Shown here piece by piece: positions 61,764 to 64,000 of a DNA stretch of 64,000 nt. Origin of the DNA: an uncultured Saprospiraceae bacterium. GTDB lineage: Bacteria > Bacteroidota > Bacteroidia > Chitinophagales > Saprospiraceae. The DNA is taken from NCBI GenBank assembly GCA_964419545.1, contig CAYQQU010000029.1, forward strand, positions 68 to 64,067, written 5' to 3'. Both the position numbers and the translations under genes were made by a program. Each line of letters opens with the position of its first letter. Within the stretch, counting starts at the first letter, position 1. The notes below the pieces were generated by a model that searched no databases, was not told where the DNA came from, and worked only from the letters and a program-made list of their open reading frames with translations.

Positions 61764-62214
61764 CCACTAAAGCTTTTGCGTTATCGATACTGCTGAGGAT
61801 CTGGTCGCGCACCTCGGCAATTTTCTTTTCTTCGGTATTCAGGTACTCGACGATGCCCTCGTGCGCCAGCGAATCGCGCAACTCGCCGAGCTGCTTGATG
61901 CCGTACATCCAGTCCCACATCCCTTTGTCGGCCGCCTCCAGCTGTTGAACAGCCTGCGACAGTTCCTGTTTTTCGGCCTCCGGGGCGGTCTCCATTCGTT
62001 CTTTCAGCTGTTCCGTCAGGCGGTTCACTTCGCTCATGCGGGGCATGACCTCGTCGTGGACGGCCATGACCTCCTCCCACTTTTTCTGTTGGATTTGCAT
62101 ATTGCCGCGGTCGATGTTCTGTTCTTCCACCTCCGCTTTCTGTTCTCCGCTCTTCGGCTTACAAGCGACGGCCAGGAGGCCGATCAGGAGAAAAATGATG
62201 CTTTTCGTTTGCAT
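61744..62214 (-). CDS. Hypothetical coiled-coil lipoprotein
   Basis: 156 aa with the lipobox MQTKSIIFLLIGLLAVAC. It is Glu/Lys-rich and helical. Its 3' end overlaps the SCO gene start by 20 nt. Confidence 0.65.
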   Translation of the reverse strand: MQTKSIIFLLIGLLAVACKPKSGEQKAEVEEQNIDRGNMQIQQKKWEEVMAVHDEVMPRMSEVNRLTEQLKERMETAPEAEKQELSQAVQQLEAADKGMWDWMYGIKQLGELRDSLAHEGIVEYLNTEEKKIAEVRDQILSSIDNAKALVDDPKME

Positions 62215-62370
62215 AGGTCGGATTTTGTTTTATAAATCAAAGGTATTTTTTTCGGCAATTGTTTATGGCGGGCGGCAAAACGGACTGCAGTAAAAATATC
62301 GTAAAATTGTGGGTGTGGATGGTGATCGCCATCAAAAGGAAAAAATATTAAAGCAAAATCCTGACCGAGC

Positions 62371-63585
62371 ATGACTGAAACCTACATCATCGACGCGATA
62401 CGCACGCCGATCGGCAAATTCGGCGGCGCCTTGTCTACCATCCGCACCGACGACCTGGCGGCGCACGTCATCCGCACCCTGACGGAGCGCCATCCCGACA
62501 TCCCCCTCGACGCTTATGACGACGTCATCCTGGGCTGCGCCAACCAGGCCGGCGAAGACAACCGCAACGTGGCCCGCATGGCCCTGCTGCTGGCCGGCCT
62601 GCCCTTCACCGTGCCCGGCGAGACCGTCAACCGCCTGTGCGCCTCCGGCATGTCGGCCGTCATCCACGCCCACCGCGCCGTCACCACCGGCGACGGCGAC
62701 CTTTTCATCAGCGGCGGTGTGGAGCACATGACGCGCGGCCCCTGGGTGATCTCCAAAGTATCCAAACCTTTCGGCCGCGACGCGCAGATGCACGACTCCA
62801 GCTTCGGCTGGCGCTTTGTCAACCCCCAGATGAAAGAACTTTACGGTACCCACAGCATGGGCCAGACCGCCGAAAACCTGGTCGAAAAATACGGCATCTC
62901 CCGCGAAGACCAGGACCGTTTTGCTTACCACTCCCAGCGCAAAGCGGCCGCCGCCCAGGCCGGCGGCCGGCTGGCGGAAGAGATCGTCCCGGTATCCATC
63001 CCTCAGCGCAAAGCCGACCCGATTGAATTTAAGGACGATGAATTTATCCGTCCGGGCACGACCTTGGAAGTATTGTCCAAACTCCGTCCGGCTTTCAAAT
63101 CCGCCGAAGAAGGCGGCGCCGTCACCGCCGGCAACGCTTCCGGCCTCAACGACGGCGCGGCAGCCGTACTGGTCGCTTCGGATAGTGCAGTAAAACGATA
63201 CGGCCTCCAGCCGCTGGCGCGTATTGTCAGCTCTGCCGTCGTGGGCGTAGAGCCGCGCATCATGGGCATCGGCCCCGTCTACGCCTCCCAGAAGGCTCTG
63301 AAAAAAGCCGGCCTCACCCTCGACCAGATGGACATTATCGAGATCAACGAGGCTTTTGCGGCCCAGGTGCTGGCCTGCACCCGGGAACTGGGGCTGGCGG
63401 ACGACGATCCGCGGATCAATCCCAACGGTGGGGCGATTGCCATCGGGCATCCATTAGGTGTGACCGGGGCGCGGATCTTGCAGACGGCGGCGATTGAGTT
63501 GCATAAGCAGCAGCAGAAATACGCGTTGGTGACGATGTGTGTGGGGGTGGGGCAAGGGTATGCGGTGGTGATTAAGCGGGGGTGA
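62371..63585 (+). CDS. Acetyl-CoA C-acyltransferase (thiolase)
   Basis: 404 aa with the active-site contexts [27 protein letters not shown] and CVGVGQG. Confidence 0.92.
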   Translation: MTETYIIDAIRTPIGKFGGALSTIRTDDLAAHVIRTLTERHPDIPLDAYDDVILGCANQAGEDNRNVARMALLLAGLPFTVPGETVNRLCASGMSAVIHAHRAVTTGDGDLFISGGVEHMTRGPWVISKVSKPFGRDAQMHDSSFGWRFVNPQMKELYGTHSMGQTAENLVEKYGISREDQDRFAYHSQRKAAAAQAGGRLAEEIVPVSIPQRKADPIEFKDDEFIRPGTTLEVLSKLRPAFKSAEEGGAVTAGNASGLNDGAAAVLVASDSAVKRYGLQPLARIVSSAVVGVEPRIMGIGPVYASQKALKKAGLTLDQMDIIEINEAFAAQVLACTRELGLADDDPRINPNGGAIAIGHPLGVTGARILQTAAIELHKQQQKYALVTMCVGVGQGYAVVIKRG

Positions 63586-63654
63586 GTTTGAGTTTGAGCG
63601 TGGGTGTGGACATTGGAAGTGAGGTTGAGGTTCAGGTTCAGGTTGAGGTTGAGG
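63584..63654. repeat. GT-rich hexamer repeats (GAGTTT x2 ... GAGGTT/CAGGTT x6)
   Basis: Direct reading. The array begins inside the thiolase stop codon. Confidence 0.85.
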
Positions 63655-63847
63655 GCTCCGCGAGCGTCTTTGTTCCGCTCGTCCCAGTCTCCCGACTGGG
63701 GGTGATATCTTGGGGTCGCTGACCGCAAATAGGGATATTCAGTAAAACGGTGTGCAGCGGCGTCCGATCAATGGCAGGAAAGATGGCGAAATAGGCTGTG
63801 GGCATGTGGAGACGGGTTGAAAGATTGGCCGGACGACTGGGGAAATG

Positions 63848-63898
63848 GAACGGAAGAACGGAAGAACGGATGAACGGATGAACGGAAGAACGGATGAA
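63848..63898. repeat. Octamer microsatellite GAACGGAA/GAACGGAT, about 6.4 units
   Basis: Direct reading. It is the reverse-complement motif of the repeat at 8-52. Confidence 0.85.
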
Positions 63899-64000
63899 TT
63901 GCTTTTGCACGGTTGAGGGATGCCTTCCATCTGTTCACTTTTGTAAAGATCAACTTAAACTGATTTTTTATATTTCAAAAAAGCTTAAGCCTGAAATACG

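Noticed and set aside
63638-63953. Three overlapping minus-strand ORFs at the right edge of the window.
   Set aside because: They are driven by the octamer microsatellite (FIRSSVHPFIRSSVLPF...). They show no protein-like features.

Overview
By eye this is a GC-rich chromosomal segment from a Bacteroidota-type organism. That placement is inferred from four proteins ending in T9SS type-A C-terminal sorting domains, several TAnnTTTG promoter-like motifs about 25-35 nt upstream of start codons, and the gene content. It could be a Saprospiria- or Cytophagia-like lineage, but I cannot verify that. I support about 52 protein-coding genes. Most are housekeeping: serA-like dehydrogenase, folB, aroA, aroB, phoH, PBP1A, gcvT, rlmB, ftsK, asnS, radA, acyl-CoA dehydrogenase, 3-hydroxyacyl-CoA dehydrogenase and thiolase. 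I found no rRNA, tRNA or CRISPR array. Many long ORFs in the track are antisense shadow ORFs of real genes, which is typical of GC-rich DNA, and I rejected them. The non-housekeeping content is as follows. (1) One IS4-family insertion sequence with 19-bp perfect terminal inverted repeats lies at 185-1421. (2) A dense family of MITE/REP-like palindromic elements has termini ttaacccggattattcatgg / ccatgaataatccgggttaa, with 8 full, short or half copies. (3) The best candidate for an undescribed system is a two-gene cassette present twice in tandem at 37.6-47.3 kb. Each copy pairs an unassignable, all-alpha, roughly 470-aa cytoplasmic protein with a divergently transcribed, roughly 950-980-aa secreted propeller/DUF11-like/T9SS protein. 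The second copy has a hierarchical heptamer/hexamer microsatellite array in its divergent promoter region. (4) The intergenic DNA is unusual in several ways. GT-rich, G-quadruplex-type hexamer repeats sit at gene 3' ends, filling two convergent gene gaps and following a third stop codon. There is a 74-bp x 4.4 tandem repeat, and two long nested hairpins lie inside minus-strand gene strings. A second conserved element of about 78 nt is present twice. (5) A signal-peptide TPR-CHAT protein appears to have lost its catalytic His/Cys dyad. All coordinates and repeat alignments were read by eye. Nothing here was checked against a database.
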